Shown: positions 1 to 10,613 of the stretch, piece after piece | Position numbering within the stretch: position 1 is the stretch's first letter | Layout: each line of letters begins with the position of its first letter | Source: Candidatus Xenobia bacterium | Lineage (GTDB): Bacteria; Vulcanimicrobiota; Xenobia; Xenobiales; QWHO01 | Direction: 5' to 3' | NCBI GenBank assembly: GCA_045863235.1 | Contig: BTUM01000001.1 | Location: 32,001-96,000 of the forward strand | DNA length: 64,000 nt | Translations under genes and position numbers: made by a program | Notes under the pieces: generated by a model | Databases searched by the model: none | The model's input: only the letters and a program-made list of their open reading frames with translations | What the model was told of the DNA's origin: nothing

Positions 1-64
1 GACGGGCCTGGGCGGCCATTTCTTTCAAAAACAGGGGGTCGGACCAGAGCGCCCGCGATTTCAC
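1..64 (-). CDS. 5' end of a gene running off the window, possibly an ABC-2 type permease
   Basis: GGAGG upstream of GTG; N-terminus MKSRALWSDPLFLKEMAAQAR resembles the 'NPxxxKE' start of ABC-2 permeases; promoter just upstream. Confidence 0.45.
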   Translation of the reverse strand, partial: MKSRALWSDPLFLKEMAAQAR

Positions 65-89
65 CAGACTCGATTCACCTCCACGCTTC

Positions 90-118
90 ATTATACCTAC
101 TCGGGGGCTGTTTGTAAG
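90..118 (-). promoter_or_regulatory. sigma70-type promoter
   Basis: Minus strand reads CTTACA-17 nt-TATAAT, upstream of the GGAGG RBS. Confidence 0.6.
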
Positions 119-129
119 TAGTTGTGGTA

Positions 130-1155
130 TCAAGAATTCTTTTCGCCTGCGCTGGGAAGCTCCCCTGGAGGAAAATCTTCAATTCTGGGAATGTAGAGCT
201 CGCGGGTGGGAGCAGCGCGGGGCAGGGGCTCGGCTGGCTCATCCTCGGGACGAGACTGCCCGTCCCGGCCCTGGAGCAGCCATTCCTTAAAGCTGTCCTC
301 GGGAACGTCGAGCAGACCATGGAAGTCTGGAGCACCAGCTGGCCGGATGTTGCCTGCCTTGAGCATGCCCAGCATGTCGGCCGTGGCTGGAAACCAGCGC
401 TGCTTTCCCAGCCAGACGGCGGGAAACCGGACCAGGGCGTACGGCAGCGGAAAGAGGATGGCCTTATGTCCTCCGAGATCGCGCACCAGGCGCAGCAGCT
501 CTTTGTAGCTGTAGACTTCGGCTCCGCACAGGTGGAAGGTCTTTCCAGCCACATCGGGATGAACCAGGCAGGCTCCGATGGCCAGGGCCACCTCACGGGC
601 TGAAACCGGAGCCAGCTCGAAACCCGGGCCGGAGAAGTAAGGCACGGCTGGAGCCCAGCGGAAGAGGTTCTCAAGCGTTCCCAGGAAGCTTGGACGGTCG
701 CTGGGGCCGCCGTAGATGACCGAGGGCCTCAGGATCACCGTTTCAAGCTCGCTGGCCCGCACGGCCACCTCGGCCTTTGCTTTGGAGACGAAATAGGCAT
801 AGGGCAGACCCCGCTCGGCTCCGTTTGCGCTCATCTGCACGAAGCGGCGTACTTCGGCTTGCTGGCACGCGGTCAGCAGGTTGCGGGTGGCCTGGTAGTG
901 GAGCTTGTCGAAGGTGACGCCTCGTTCGGGGTCTTCCCGCAGGACGCCCACCAGGTTGACGCAGGCCTGACAACCCTGGCTGGCAGGAAGCAAGGTGGCC
1001 GGGTCGAGCGCGTCCCCCTGGAACGGCTCAACGCCGGCCACCCGCAGTCGGCTCGGGTCGCGCACCAGTGCGCGAACCTCATGGCCCTGCTCGAGCAGGG
1101 TCTTGAGAACCGGCTCACCGACATAACCGGTTCCCCCTGTTACGAGAACTCGCAC
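130..1155 (-). CDS. NAD(P)-dependent epimerase/SDR (complex I NDUFA9-like family)
   Basis: N-terminal VLVTGGTGYVG Rossmann motif, YxxSK, 'ILRPSVIYG'. Confidence 0.85.
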   Translation of the reverse strand: MRVLVTGGTGYVGEPVLKTLLEQGHEVRALVRDPSRLRVAGVEPFQGDALDPATLLPASQGCQACVNLVGVLREDPERGVTFDKLHYQATRNLLTACQQAEVRRFVQMSANGAERGLPYAYFVSKAKAEVAVRASELETVILRPSVIYGGPSDRPSFLGTLENLFRWAPAVPYFSGPGFELAPVSAREVALAIGACLVHPDVAGKTFHLCGAEVYSYKELLRLVRDLGGHKAILFPLPYALVRFPAVWLGKQRWFPATADMLGMLKAGNIRPAGAPDFHGLLDVPEDSFKEWLLQGRDGQSRPEDEPAEPLPRAAPTRELYIPRIEDFPPGELPSAGEKNS

Positions 1156-1482
1156 TTAGAGGATGCGAATTCCATCCGAGGGCAATTGGTCCTGACCCTG
1201 CCCCTCGGTTTTCTCGGTCGGTTTCATTCGATGGCCCAGTCGCTCGAGCCCGCCCCTGACCTCGTGAGCCAGGCCAGAGGCCCGGTCGTGGAGGCGGCGG
1301 GCCTGGTCGCCGAGCTGCTCGCGTGTTTCGCTGCCGGCCTGGGGGGTCAGCAGGATGGCGGTGGCGGCCCCGACCAGTGTTCCCACCAGAAGGCCAAAGG
1401 TAAAGGCGCCCAGGGCATGACCCTGCGGCTGCTCCTCGGTCTGAGGTTCGATTTCAACCTGGGTTTCGGGTGTCTCTTGCAC
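1156..1482 (-). CDS. YtxH-domain protein
   Basis: 'FGLLVGTLVGAATAILLTPQAGSETREQL' matches the YtxH pattern; start placed at GTG after AAGGAG. Confidence 0.8.
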   Translation of the reverse strand: MQETPETQVEIEPQTEEQPQGHALGAFTFGLLVGTLVGAATAILLTPQAGSETREQLGDQARRLHDRASGLAHEVRGGLERLGHRMKPTEKTEGQGQDQLPSDGIRIL

Positions 1483-1615
1483 AGGAAACACACTCCTTTG
1501 TTTGACGAATCGGTCCAGTTTCACTTTACCAGCGGTGGCCTCCCCCCTTCAAGGTCCTCCGGAGGGATCGTTGCGAATGGCGCGAACGCGGGCCAAAAAC
1601 GCGCTCGAGGTTCGC

Positions 1616-3433
1616 ATGAGAAAGTCTTACGCCGGAATGGATCTGTCCGACAAGGAGGCCGATCCGCTTTACAAGCGTCGCCATTCGCTGGCCCACGTGC
1701 TGGCTCAGGCCATTCAGAATCTGGTCGAGGGCACTCATCTTGGATTTGGTCCTCCCGTCGAGAATGGTTTCTACTATGACTTTCAGTTGCCCCGCCCGGT
1801 CACGGTCGAGGATCTTCCGGCCATCGAGAAGGAAATGCGTCGCATTCTGGCTCAGGACCAGAAGTTTGAGCTGTTGGAGAAGGATCTGGAGACCGCCCTG
1901 GCTGATTTCGAGAAGCAGGGCGAGCACCTCAAGGCTGAGTATGCCCGCGAGCTGGTCTCAGGGGGAGAAACGCTGACCTTCTATCGCAACGGCCCCTTCG
2001 AGGACATGTGTGCCGGCCCTCATGTCGATTCGACCCGGTTCATCCCCACTGACTGCTTCTGTTTGGACTCGGTGGCCGGGGCCTATTGGCGAGGAGACGA
2101 GAAGCGCGAGATGCTGACCCGCATCTACGGGCTGTGCTTCAATACCAAGAAGGATCTCGAAGAGTTCAAGCGAGAGCGCGAGGAAGCCAAGAAATTCGAT
2201 CACCGCAAGCTGGGCAAGGAGCTCGAGCTGTTCATGATCGCTGACGAAGTGGGCGCCGGTTTGCCTCTGTGGCTACCGAACGGCACGGTGCTGCGCGACG
2301 AGTTGGAGGCCCTGGCTCGCGAGAAGGAGCACGACGGGGGTTACGTTCGGGTAGCCACCCCTCACGTCACCGATGGCAAGTTGTTCGAGACCTCAGGTCA
2401 CCTCGAGCACTACAAGGAGGCCATGTTCCCGGCCATGCCGGTGGAGGAGCGTGACTTCTATCTCAAGCCCATGAACTGCCCATTCCATCATCTCATCTTC
2501 GGTGTGAGGCCGCGCTCGTACCGCGAGCTTCCTTTGCGATTGGCCGAATATGGCCAGGTCTATCGCTATGAGCCCTCGGGGGCGCTGGCTGGACTCTTGC
2601 GGGTGCGCGGCATGTGCATGAACGACGCCCACATCTACTGCACTCCCGAGCAGCTCGAAGACGAGTTCCGGGCCGTGCTCGAGCTGCATCGGGACTACTA
2701 CGAGATGTTCCGCATCACCAAGTACTGGATGCGCCTGTCGGTGCACGACCCGGCCAACACCGAGAAGTACGTTGACAATCCCGAAGCCTGGAAGAGCTCC
2801 GAGCAAATCATCCAGCGCATTCTGGACAACCTGGGCATCGAGTATCAGGTGGGCTTTGGGGAGGCTGCCTTCTACGGACCCAAGGTTGATTTTCAGATCC
2901 GCAACGTGGTCGGTCGCGAGGAGACCGCCTCAACCAATCAGCTCGATTTTGCCGTACCCGAGCGGTTCAAGTTGACTTACATCGGTCCCGATGGTGCTCA
3001 GCACACTCCCTACTGCATCCATCGTGCTCCGCTCGGCACTCACGAGCGCTTCCTGGCCTTCCTGATGGAGCATTTCAAGGGCGCCTTCCCCACCTGGATG
3101 GCTCCCCTGCAGGTACGCGTGATCCCGGTGCAGATGGAGAAATTCGGGGAGTACGGATCCCGGGTCGTGGCCGAATTGAAGAAACTGCGATTCCGGGTTG
3201 AGCTCGATGAGGGCTCAGACAGCTTCAACAAGAAGATCCGCACTGCCGCCACCGAGAAGATCCCCAACGTGCTGGTCGTTGGCGAGCGCGAGCAGGAGGC
3301 TACCGAAGTGACCTGGCGTCGCTACGCCGTCAAGGAGCAAAGAACCGTCCCGCTCAAAGAGTTCCTGGCCACCCTCGAGCGCATGCGCAGTCTGCGCCTG
3401 ATGGATAACTTTCCCGATGTCGAGTTGACGTGA
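1616..3433 (+). CDS. thrS: threonine--tRNA ligase (no N-terminal TGS domain)
   Basis: RHSLAH, DHRKLGKEL, KPMNCP, GLLRVR, AAFYGPK motifs; start at ATG 1616 after GAGG (ORF is open from 1502). Confidence 0.97.
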   Translation: MRKSYAGMDLSDKEADPLYKRRHSLAHVLAQAIQNLVEGTHLGFGPPVENGFYYDFQLPRPVTVEDLPAIEKEMRRILAQDQKFELLEKDLETALADFEKQGEHLKAEYARELVSGGETLTFYRNGPFEDMCAGPHVDSTRFIPTDCFCLDSVAGAYWRGDEKREMLTRIYGLCFNTKKDLEEFKREREEAKKFDHRKLGKELELFMIADEVGAGLPLWLPNGTVLRDELEALAREKEHDGGYVRVATPHVTDGKLFETSGHLEHYKEAMFPAMPVEERDFYLKPMNCPFHHLIFGVRPRSYRELPLRLAEYGQVYRYEPSGALAGLLRVRGMCMNDAHIYCTPEQLEDEFRAVLELHRDYYEMFRITKYWMRLSVHDPANTEKYVDNPEAWKSSEQIIQRILDNLGIEYQVGFGEAAFYGPKVDFQIRNVVGREETASTNQLDFAVPERFKLTYIGPDGAQHTPYCIHRAPLGTHERFLAFLMEHFKGAFPTWMAPLQVRVIPVQMEKFGEYGSRVVAELKKLRFRVELDEGSDSFNKKIRTAATEKIPNVLVVGEREQEATEVTWRRYAVKEQRTVPLKEFLATLERMRSLRLMDNFPDVELT

Positions 3434-6400
3434 CCGATTTTCTCGGGAGCCTGGTGCGCAAGCTGCGTGGCAAGAGCGCGCCCGAGACGCACGCCGAGCA
3501 ACCCGAGACGGTCTGGACCCGCGAATCGGTCTCCAAGGAGGCCCGCCTGCGGGTGGTCCCAGGCACGGAGCGAGTGGAGTTCTTCAGCCTGATCACGGGA
3601 GAGCGCCTGTTTGGCCTCCCAGCTCGCCTCACCGGGCCGCCGGTGAAGTCCACCGAGTCGGCCGACCGGGGCCAGAAACAAGTGGTCTTGAGTGTGCCCC
3701 TGCCCGGCAACCGGTCGGTTCGGGTCACCTTCCAGAGCCCCCCCGAGGTCGAGCCGGAGGAGGTGGAGACGGCTCGGGCCAGCCAGGCGCGCGTTCCGCC
3801 CGACTCGAGCATGGTGGAATTTCTGCTCACTCGCGAAGAGCACGAGTTCCGGTACGTGTTCGAGTTCCCCGACGGGCTGTCGGTGCAAGACTTCGAGCCG
3901 GTCCCCGACCGTCGACCGGTCTTCCGTACCGTGCCCCCCGTGGCTCAGATGGCTGCATTTCTGAGGGCCATGACCCAGCATCGTCGCAGTGCCCTGGCCT
4001 GTCTGGAGGACGTGGCCCGCACCTCGGGCTCTCCTCGGACCCGCGACCAGGTTGTCGTGCTGGCCGGACTCTATCCGCGCAGCCACGAGTTCAGCTGCGA
4101 GCGTCTCCGGGCTCTGGAGAAGCTGCTGCGCCGGAGCGGACGCATTGTTCATCCGGCCGTGCTGGCCGCCCTGGCTATCTTCGTCGAGCTCGAGCAAGAG
4201 CGCCTGAGCCCCGATAGCCTCGAGCCCGGAGGGCCGCTGGAGGTGTCGGCCCGATCCTGCTACCTGGTCGCTCGCCACTTCAACGTGGAGCCGAGCTCGA
4301 CGCTCTGGGAGGAGCTCTTCGGCGAGCCCCCCGAGGACGCGCCTGCTGAGGAGCTGCGCGAGGCGCTCAGAAAGAGCACCACCTCGCGCACTCATCTGGA
4401 CATCCTCAGCGACCTGGCCCGCGAGAGCAAGTCGCAGCGCGTGGCCGCCTTCGTCGACGCGGTGCGACGGCGCCTTCCCCTGGGCCAGTTTCAGGTCAAT
4501 GACGAGCAGGTGGCCCTGGGTGCCCTGCTGGCCTCCAGCGGCATTCCCGTGCACGGCAACACGCTGACGGCTCTCTGCTTGTTCGTGGACATCGAAGTGG
4601 GGGTACTGAGCCAGCTGGCTTTCGACCGACTGATCGAGAGCGGGGACCGGGTGGATACGTCGATGTACGCGATGGTGGCCGTGGCCGGCGCCTTTGATCT
4701 GGGCTTGCGGGGTTTCTCCCTCGAGCAGGCCACCGAGGACGGTCTCAAGAGTCTGTTGCAGCTGGCCGGAGGCCGATTGATGGCCCGCTTCGTGAAGGCC
4801 GGGCAGGAGGGATTCTGGTGGGAGTATCTCGGGTCGGCCGCAGAAGTGACCCGCCCGGCCCGCGAGGGTCTGACCTTTACCGGTCACGTGCTGGGGCGCT
4901 TTGCGGTCATCGATCAGCTCAACGAGCGCGATCTCGAGGTTTTTAACCGGGCCGGCCGTCCCATGATGGCCTGCTTCTCGGCGGACTATGATCGCACCAT
5001 CTTGTGGAAGAAGCTGGGGGACGAGGAGCCGTCCGAGCAGGGGAAGTTTACCTTCATCAAGGGCTTCACCGCCTTTAGCTTCAACCGAATGGTGATGGCC
5101 GGGCTGGAGAGCGGCCGCCCCCGCGGCCCGGTTGTGATCGGCGAGCTGGATGCCCGGGGAAACTACAGCTACCGGTTTCTCGAGGATCCAGCCGAGCTGC
5201 CCGAGGGCTGGAATGGGAAACTGGTCGCCTTTCCCGAGGTGGATCGACTGCCCGAGCTGATGTATGAGCTGGGTCAGGATCCATTGCTGGGCCGCAGCGA
5301 GGCTCTGCTCGAGGAGGCCCGTACGTTGGAGCAGGTCCACTCGTCCGTGGGCCGGATTCTGTCGGCGCGGCCAGCTTATCTTTCGCTCATCGAGCAGCCT
5401 GAGCTGCTGGCCAGTCTGCAGCAGCTGGCTCGTTCGCCGGCTCTGGCCAGCGCGACCTCGGTGGTGCTCGACGGACCCACCCGCGAGGGTCTGGTGGATC
5501 TTTTGAGCCGTCCTCAGGGACTCAAGCTGGAAGTCTATGAGCCGCTGGCGCGAGCGGTGGACACTCCCGAGGAGCTGGAGTTCCTGACGCTGCACGTTCT
5601 GTTTGCCCTGGCAGTCTCCGAGGAGGTGCAACTGGAGCGGCGCTTCAAGCAATATGATGAGGCGCGCTTTCGACAGCTCCTGCGCACCCGGCTGCACGGT
5701 CTACTGGATTCGCCCCAGTCCCACACCCGAGCGCTGGCGGTTCGCTTGATGGCGACCGCTGAGGAGATTCGCGACCGAAATGATCGGCTCATCGCGCAGT
5801 ACGAACTCAGTCGCGCTCGTCAGGACAGCGATCCCGAGGTCGTGCTGGGCGCCTCCGAGGCTCTGGGTCGGTTGGCCCTGGAGCAGGTCATGCCCCTGCC
5901 CGAGATCGCCAGCGTGTCTTTGAGCAAGGCGACGCCCGCAGAGCCTGTGGAGACCGTGGAGCCACCCTCCGACCAGGAATTGCACGAGATGAAGTCGGAA
6001 ATCCGGGCCTGGCTGGTGGAGCGCGCTGGCCTCTCCGAACAGGACAAACGCCGCTCCCAGCGCGAGCTGGCGCGCAAGTCCCTGGGCTCGGACGGGCAGC
6101 CGGAAGAGGAGGCGGTGGAGCGCCTGGCTGAGTTCCTGGTGGCCCTCAATCGGGCGGTGGGCACCGAGGGCCACTGCTATTTCTGCATGCTCAGGGCCAA
6201 CCGGGTGGGTCCCATTCGGGCCGCGGTCTTCGACAGCTGGCGGGTGTTCGCGCTCTCCAAAGGCTCTCGCCTCAGTGAACTGGTCTTCAGCACGCCAGCC
6301 CTGGAGCTGCGCATGGAGTATCAGGACTTCTTGGAGGTTCACGGGGCTGAGCTGTCCGAGAAGTTTGGCGGGGAAGCGCCCTTTCTGGGAGGGCCTGCAG

Positions 6401-6972
6401 GACCCATCACAGTCTATCATCTCAATCCCGGAGAGCGTTTCGGAACGTGGAGGCGGCGTGAGTCTTCCTTCGTGGAAGAGCGCCGCGAGGAGTCACCCTT
6501 CTTTCTCAGCCTGCTCGAGCGACTCGAGGAGATGCCCAGGATTTTGCAGGTGGAGCGCGCGGGCGGGGTGCCCTTGAGCGAGCTCGAGAGCCACCTCGCC
6601 TCCTTTACCACCGAGCGGATCATCGAGCCGTGGGAAGCTCGAATCCTGCAGCCTGGCCGCTTTCGCTTCGCCCCCTTTCTGCATCGCACCAGCCTGCGGC
6701 GAGATAAGTTGACCGACGAGGAGGACCTGGAAGACTTCGAGGCTCTGCTCCATCTCTTGCACGGTCACAGCCCTCGCCCTGCGGCCCCGGCTACCCCGGT
6801 CGAGGCCGCCTCCCCCTCCCGGGAGGCCCCTGCCGAGGAGTCTCCAGCCGCTCCCAGCTTCAAAGACCTGGCGGCATCGCTGGCGCAATACTTTGACCTG
6901 CCAAAGCCTTATCAAAAACAGGTGATCAACATCTTGCTCGATGTCGGGAGTCAGTCGATCTACGACCTTTAG
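3430..6972 (+). CDS. large hypothetical protein (1180 aa)
   Basis: Long ORF with G/C-rich third positions; GTGA overlap with thrS stop; no domain recognised. Confidence 0.75.
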   Translation: MTDFLGSLVRKLRGKSAPETHAEQPETVWTRESVSKEARLRVVPGTERVEFFSLITGERLFGLPARLTGPPVKSTESADRGQKQVVLSVPLPGNRSVRVTFQSPPEVEPEEVETARASQARVPPDSSMVEFLLTREEHEFRYVFEFPDGLSVQDFEPVPDRRPVFRTVPPVAQMAAFLRAMTQHRRSALACLEDVARTSGSPRTRDQVVVLAGLYPRSHEFSCERLRALEKLLRRSGRIVHPAVLAALAIFVELEQERLSPDSLEPGGPLEVSARSCYLVARHFNVEPSSTLWEELFGEPPEDAPAEELREALRKSTTSRTHLDILSDLARESKSQRVAAFVDAVRRRLPLGQFQVNDEQVALGALLASSGIPVHGNTLTALCLFVDIEVGVLSQLAFDRLIESGDRVDTSMYAMVAVAGAFDLGLRGFSLEQATEDGLKSLLQLAGGRLMARFVKAGQEGFWWEYLGSAAEVTRPAREGLTFTGHVLGRFAVIDQLNERDLEVFNRAGRPMMACFSADYDRTILWKKLGDEEPSEQGKFTFIKGFTAFSFNRMVMAGLESGRPRGPVVIGELDARGNYSYRFLEDPAELPEGWNGKLVAFPEVDRLPELMYELGQDPLLGRSEALLEEARTLEQVHSSVGRILSARPAYLSLIEQPELLASLQQLARSPALASATSVVLDGPTREGLVDLLSRPQGLKLEVYEPLARAVDTPEELEFLTLHVLFALAVSEEVQLERRFKQYDEARFRQLLRTRLHGLLDSPQSHTRALAVRLMATAEEIRDRNDRLIAQYELSRARQDSDPEVVLGASEALGRLALEQVMPLPEIASVSLSKATPAEPVETVEPPSDQELHEMKSEIRAWLVERAGLSEQDKRRSQRELARKSLGSDGQPEEEAVERLAEFLVALNRAVGTEGHCYFCMLRANRVGPIRAAVFDSWRVFALSKGSRLSELVFSTPALELRMEYQDFLEVHGAELSEKFGGEAPFLGGPAGPITVYHLNPGERFGTWRRRESSFVEERREESPFFLSLLERLEEMPRILQVERAGGVPLSELESHLASFTTERIIEPWEARILQPGRFRFAPFLHRTSLRRDKLTDEEDLEDFEALLHLLHGHSPRPAAPATPVEAASPSREAPAEESPAAPSFKDLAASLAQYFDLPKPYQKQVINILLDVGSQSIYDL

Positions 6973-7083
6973 GCTGACTGTCGAAGAAGTGGATTGCTCG
7001 GTCAGAAGGGCCCGGCCCCCCTCCCGAGGAAGGATTTTCTAACGACCCGGGCCGCGCCCGTGGAGTGAACAGGAGCTTCGGTT

Positions 7084-7785
7084 ATGCCGCATCTGGCCGC
7101 GATGATCAATTCCTCGGTGGGGAAGAAGTTTCTTCAGGCACTCACGGGCCTGGGGCTGTTTGCCTTCGTCATTGTGCACCTGATCGGCAATCTGACCCTG
7201 CTGCTCGGCCCCAGCGCCTTCAACGGCTATGCCTACTTTCTGGAAGAGCTGGGGCACGGCATGGTGGTTCCTCTGGCCGATTGCGGCCTGCTCCTCTTCT
7301 TTGGAGTGCACATCGTGACGGGCATTCGGGTGGCGCTGCTCGACAAGGGCAAGGCCCGCCCTCAGGGGTATCAAGTCGACGGCAACGCCGGCGGGAAGAG
7401 CCGCAAGTCGTTCTCGTCGATGAGCATGATCGTGACCGGGATTTTGCTGGCGATCTTTCTCCCCATCCACCTGTGGAACTTCAAGTACGCCGCCACCACC
7501 GGCTACGGTCCCCCCGAGCACCAGATGCGAGATCTCTATCTGGTGGTTGAGAATCTCTTCTCCCAACCGGTCTGGGTGGTCTTCTATGTGGTGGTGATGG
7601 TCGCCCTCGGCTTTCATCTCTGGCACGGGGTGTGGAGTGCTTTCCAGTCGCTGGGTCTCACCCATCCTCGCTGGCTGCCCTTCCTGAATCTGATCGGGTG
7701 GGGATTTGCGTTCTTGCTCGCGGTCGGGTTCATCTACCTGCCCGTGGCCATGTACTTCAACTACGTGCCCCTGACTGGAGGATAA
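7084..7785 (+). CDS. sdhC: succinate dehydrogenase/fumarate reductase cytochrome b subunit
   Basis: 'SSVGKK..ALTGL..F..VHL.GNL', several TM helices with heme-ligating His; first gene of sdhCAB. Confidence 0.92.
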   Translation: MPHLAAMINSSVGKKFLQALTGLGLFAFVIVHLIGNLTLLLGPSAFNGYAYFLEELGHGMVVPLADCGLLLFFGVHIVTGIRVALLDKGKARPQGYQVDGNAGGKSRKSFSSMSMIVTGILLAIFLPIHLWNFKYAATTGYGPPEHQMRDLYLVVENLFSQPVWVVFYVVVMVALGFHLWHGVWSAFQSLGLTHPRWLPFLNLIGWGFAFLLAVGFIYLPVAMYFNYVPLTGG

Positions 7786-7788
7786 CGC

Positions 7789-9726
7789 TTGAGCCCCGTC
7801 GCTGAACCCACCGTCCGTCTCGATTCCCGCACCCCCCCAGGGCCTATGGCCGAGAAGTGGACGCACTTCAAGTCCCACGCTCGACTTGTGTCACCGGCCA
7901 ACAAGCGCAAGTATCACATCATCGTGGTGGGCACGGGCCTGGCCGGTGGGGCGGCCGCCGCCTCGCTGGCCGAGCTTGGCTACAACGTCAAGTCGTTCTG
8001 CATTCAAGACTCCGCCCGACGGGCCCACAGCGTGGCCGCTCAAGGCGGCATCAATGCCGCCAAGAACTACCAGAACGACGGCGACAGCGTTTTCCGGCTC
8101 TTCTACGATACCGTCAAAGGTGGAGACTTCCGCTCCCGCGAGTCCAACGTCCACCGTCTGGCCGAGCTGTCGGTCAACATCATCGACCAGTGCGTGGCCC
8201 AGGGCGTTCCTTTCGCACGCGAGTACGGCGGCCACCTGGCCAACCGCTCCTTCGGTGGGGCCCAGGTCTCGCGCACTTTTTACGCTCGTGGTCAGACCGG
8301 CCAGCAGCTGCTGTTGGGGGCCTACGGCGCCTTGATGCGCCAGGTTCACGCCGGTGGGGTCGAGATGTTCACCCGGCACGAGTTCCTCGACCTGGTGATC
8401 GTGGACGGGCGGGCCCGGGGCATCATCTGCCGCGATCTGGTCACAGGCAAGATTGAGCGCCATGTAGCCGACGCCGTGCTGCTCTGCACGGGTGGCTATT
8501 CGACCGTCTTTTATCTCTCCACCAACGCGGTCAACTGCAATGCGACCGCCATCTGGCGCTGTCACAAGCGAGGAGCGCTGTTTGCCAACCCCTGTTTCAC
8601 CCAGATCCACCCGACCTGCATCCCTCAAGTGGGCGATTCACAGTCCAAGCTCACCTTGATGAGCGAATCCCTGCGCAACGATGGGCGGGTCTGGGTGCCC
8701 CTGGCGGCTGGAGATAACCGGCCCGCCAACCAGATTCCAGAGCCAGAGCGCGACTACTTCCTCGAGCGCCGCTATCCGGCATTCGGCAACCTGGTACCGC
8801 GCGATATCGCTTCGCGGGCCGCTAAGGCGGTCTGCGACGAGGGACGCGGCGTGGGGTCCAGCAAGCGAGCCGTCTACCTCGATTTCGCCGAGGCCATCGA
8901 GAAACATGGCAAGCCGGTGGTCAAGGAGCGTTACGGAAACCTGTTCGCGATGTACGAGGAGATCACCGGGGAGGATCCGTACGAGCTGCCGATGCGCATC
9001 TACCCCGCTCCCCACTACACGATGGGGGGCTTGTGGGTAGATTACCACTTGATGAGCACCATTCCCGGGCTGTTCGTGCTGGGAGAGGCGAACTTCTCCG
9101 ACCACGGGGCCAATCGATTGGGCGCCAGCGCGCTGATGCAGGGGTTAGCCGACGGTTACTTCGTCATCCCTTACACGCTGGGTGATTACCTGGCCGGCCA
9201 CAAGGCCGGGGGGGTAACTGTCGACCACGAGGCCTTCTCGGAAGCCCAGCACGGGGTGGAGAACCAGGTCAAGCGCCTGCTCGAGATCAAGGGCTCAGCC
9301 ACAGTGCGCAAGCTGCACTGGGATTTGGGTCGAGTGATGTGGGACAGAGTCGGCATGTCGCGCGACGAGGCGGGCCTCAAGACCGCCATCGACGAGATCT
9401 CCGCCCTGCGCGAGGAGTTCTGGAAGAATGTCAAGGTATCGGGCAAGGGGGAGGATTTCAACAAGGATCTCGAGTTCGCCGGCCGGTTGGCAGACTATCT
9501 CGAGCTAGGTGAGCTGATGGCCCAGGACGCCCTGGTGCGCGAGGAGTCCTGCGGCGGCCACTTCCGGGTGGAGTACCAGACCGAGGAGGGTGAGGCTCGC
9601 CGCCAGGACGACAAGTTCATGTGCGCGCAGGCCTGGGAATGGACTGGAGACCCCAAGAAGTCGGTGCTGCACCGCGAGGAGCTGACCTTCGAGGAAGTCT
9701 CGCCCGGGCAGCGGAGCTACAAGTGA
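7789..9726 (+). CDS. sdhA: succinate dehydrogenase/fumarate reductase flavoprotein subunit
   Basis: [41 protein letters not shown]. Confidence 0.96.
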   Translation: MSPVAEPTVRLDSRTPPGPMAEKWTHFKSHARLVSPANKRKYHIIVVGTGLAGGAAAASLAELGYNVKSFCIQDSARRAHSVAAQGGINAAKNYQNDGDSVFRLFYDTVKGGDFRSRESNVHRLAELSVNIIDQCVAQGVPFAREYGGHLANRSFGGAQVSRTFYARGQTGQQLLLGAYGALMRQVHAGGVEMFTRHEFLDLVIVDGRARGIICRDLVTGKIERHVADAVLLCTGGYSTVFYLSTNAVNCNATAIWRCHKRGALFANPCFTQIHPTCIPQVGDSQSKLTLMSESLRNDGRVWVPLAAGDNRPANQIPEPERDYFLERRYPAFGNLVPRDIASRAAKAVCDEGRGVGSSKRAVYLDFAEAIEKHGKPVVKERYGNLFAMYEEITGEDPYELPMRIYPAPHYTMGGLWVDYHLMSTIPGLFVLGEANFSDHGANRLGASALMQGLADGYFVIPYTLGDYLAGHKAGGVTVDHEAFSEAQHGVENQVKRLLEIKGSATVRKLHWDLGRVMWDRVGMSRDEAGLKTAIDEISALREEFWKNVKVSGKGEDFNKDLEFAGRLADYLELGELMAQDALVREESCGGHFRVEYQTEEGEARRQDDKFMCAQAWEWTGDPKKSVLHREELTFEEVSPGQRSYK

Positions 9727-9736
9727 GGTACGCGGC

Positions 9737-10489
9737 ATGAGCATGAAAATCACCCTTCGCATCTGGCGCCAGGCCGGTCCGAACGCCCCCGGCAAGCTGG
9801 TGACCTACCCGATGGAGAGCGTGTCGCCGGAAATTTCCTTTCTGGAGATGCTCGATCAGCTCAACGAGCAGCTGATTGCCAAGGGACAAGACCCGGTGGC
9901 ATTTGATTCCGACTGCCGGGAAGGGATCTGCGGCACGTGCGGGCTGGTGATCGACGGGGTGGCCCACGGCCCGCGCCGCGGCTGCACCACTTGCGAATTG
10001 CGGATGCGCCACTACAAGAGCGGCGACAGTATCACCATCGAGCCCTTCCGGGCAGCCGGTTTTCCCATCGTGAAAGACCTGGTGGTGGACCGCTCCGCCT
10101 TCGACCGTATCATCCAGGCGGGCGGCTACGTGGCCGCCAACGCCGGCTCGGCGCCAGATGGCAACGCCATTCCGGTCGGCAAGGAGATCGCCGAGCAGGC
10201 CATGGACGTGGCTGCCTGCATCGGCTGCGGGGCCTGCGTGGCCGCCTGTCCCAACGCCTCGGCCAGCCTGTTTACTTCGGCCAAGGTCTCCCAGATGGCG
10301 CTCTTGCCTCAGGGTCACGCCGAGCGAAAGAGGCGGGTCTTGTCGATGGTGACCCAGATGGATGACGAGGGCTTTGGCGACTGCTCCAACCACGCCGAGT
10401 GCGAAGCCGTCTGTCCCAAGTCGATCTCCATCTTGAGCATCGCCCGGATGCGCCGCGAGTACGTGCTGGCGGCGCTCTTGTCTCACTAG
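9737..10489 (+). CDS. sdhB: succinate dehydrogenase/fumarate reductase Fe-S subunit
   Basis: [25 protein letters not shown]...CP cysteine clusters. Confidence 0.96.
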   Translation: MSMKITLRIWRQAGPNAPGKLVTYPMESVSPEISFLEMLDQLNEQLIAKGQDPVAFDSDCREGICGTCGLVIDGVAHGPRRGCTTCELRMRHYKSGDSITIEPFRAAGFPIVKDLVVDRSAFDRIIQAGGYVAANAGSAPDGNAIPVGKEIAEQAMDVAACIGCGACVAACPNASASLFTSAKVSQMALLPQGHAERKRRVLSMVTQMDDEGFGDCSNHAECEAVCPKSISILSIARMRREYVLAALLSH

Positions 10490-10500
10490 CTTCGTCCCCA

Positions 10501-10556
10501 TCCCTTTTGAACCGCGGAGCCGCTGATTCTGTCACGGTCTCGGCGGTTTGAAGGGA
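10501..10556. terminator. hairpin between convergent sdhB and the CHAT gene
   Basis: Imperfect inverted repeat TCCCTTTTGAACCGC ... GCGGTTTGAAGGGA. Confidence 0.4.
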
Positions 10557-10613
10557 CGGATTTACCTGATCTGAGCCAGCGTCAAGGCGACCAGAACCTC
10601 CAGTCCTGTTCAG

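Noticed and set aside
1483..1615. T-box leader for thrS
   Set aside because: Spacer is short and shared with a divergent gene; no T-box consensus found.
3322..5697. 791-aa minus-strand ORF and many similar antisense ORFs (e.g. 42186-44024, 33269-34555, 56917-58227)
   Set aside because: Shadows of real genes in GC-rich DNA.
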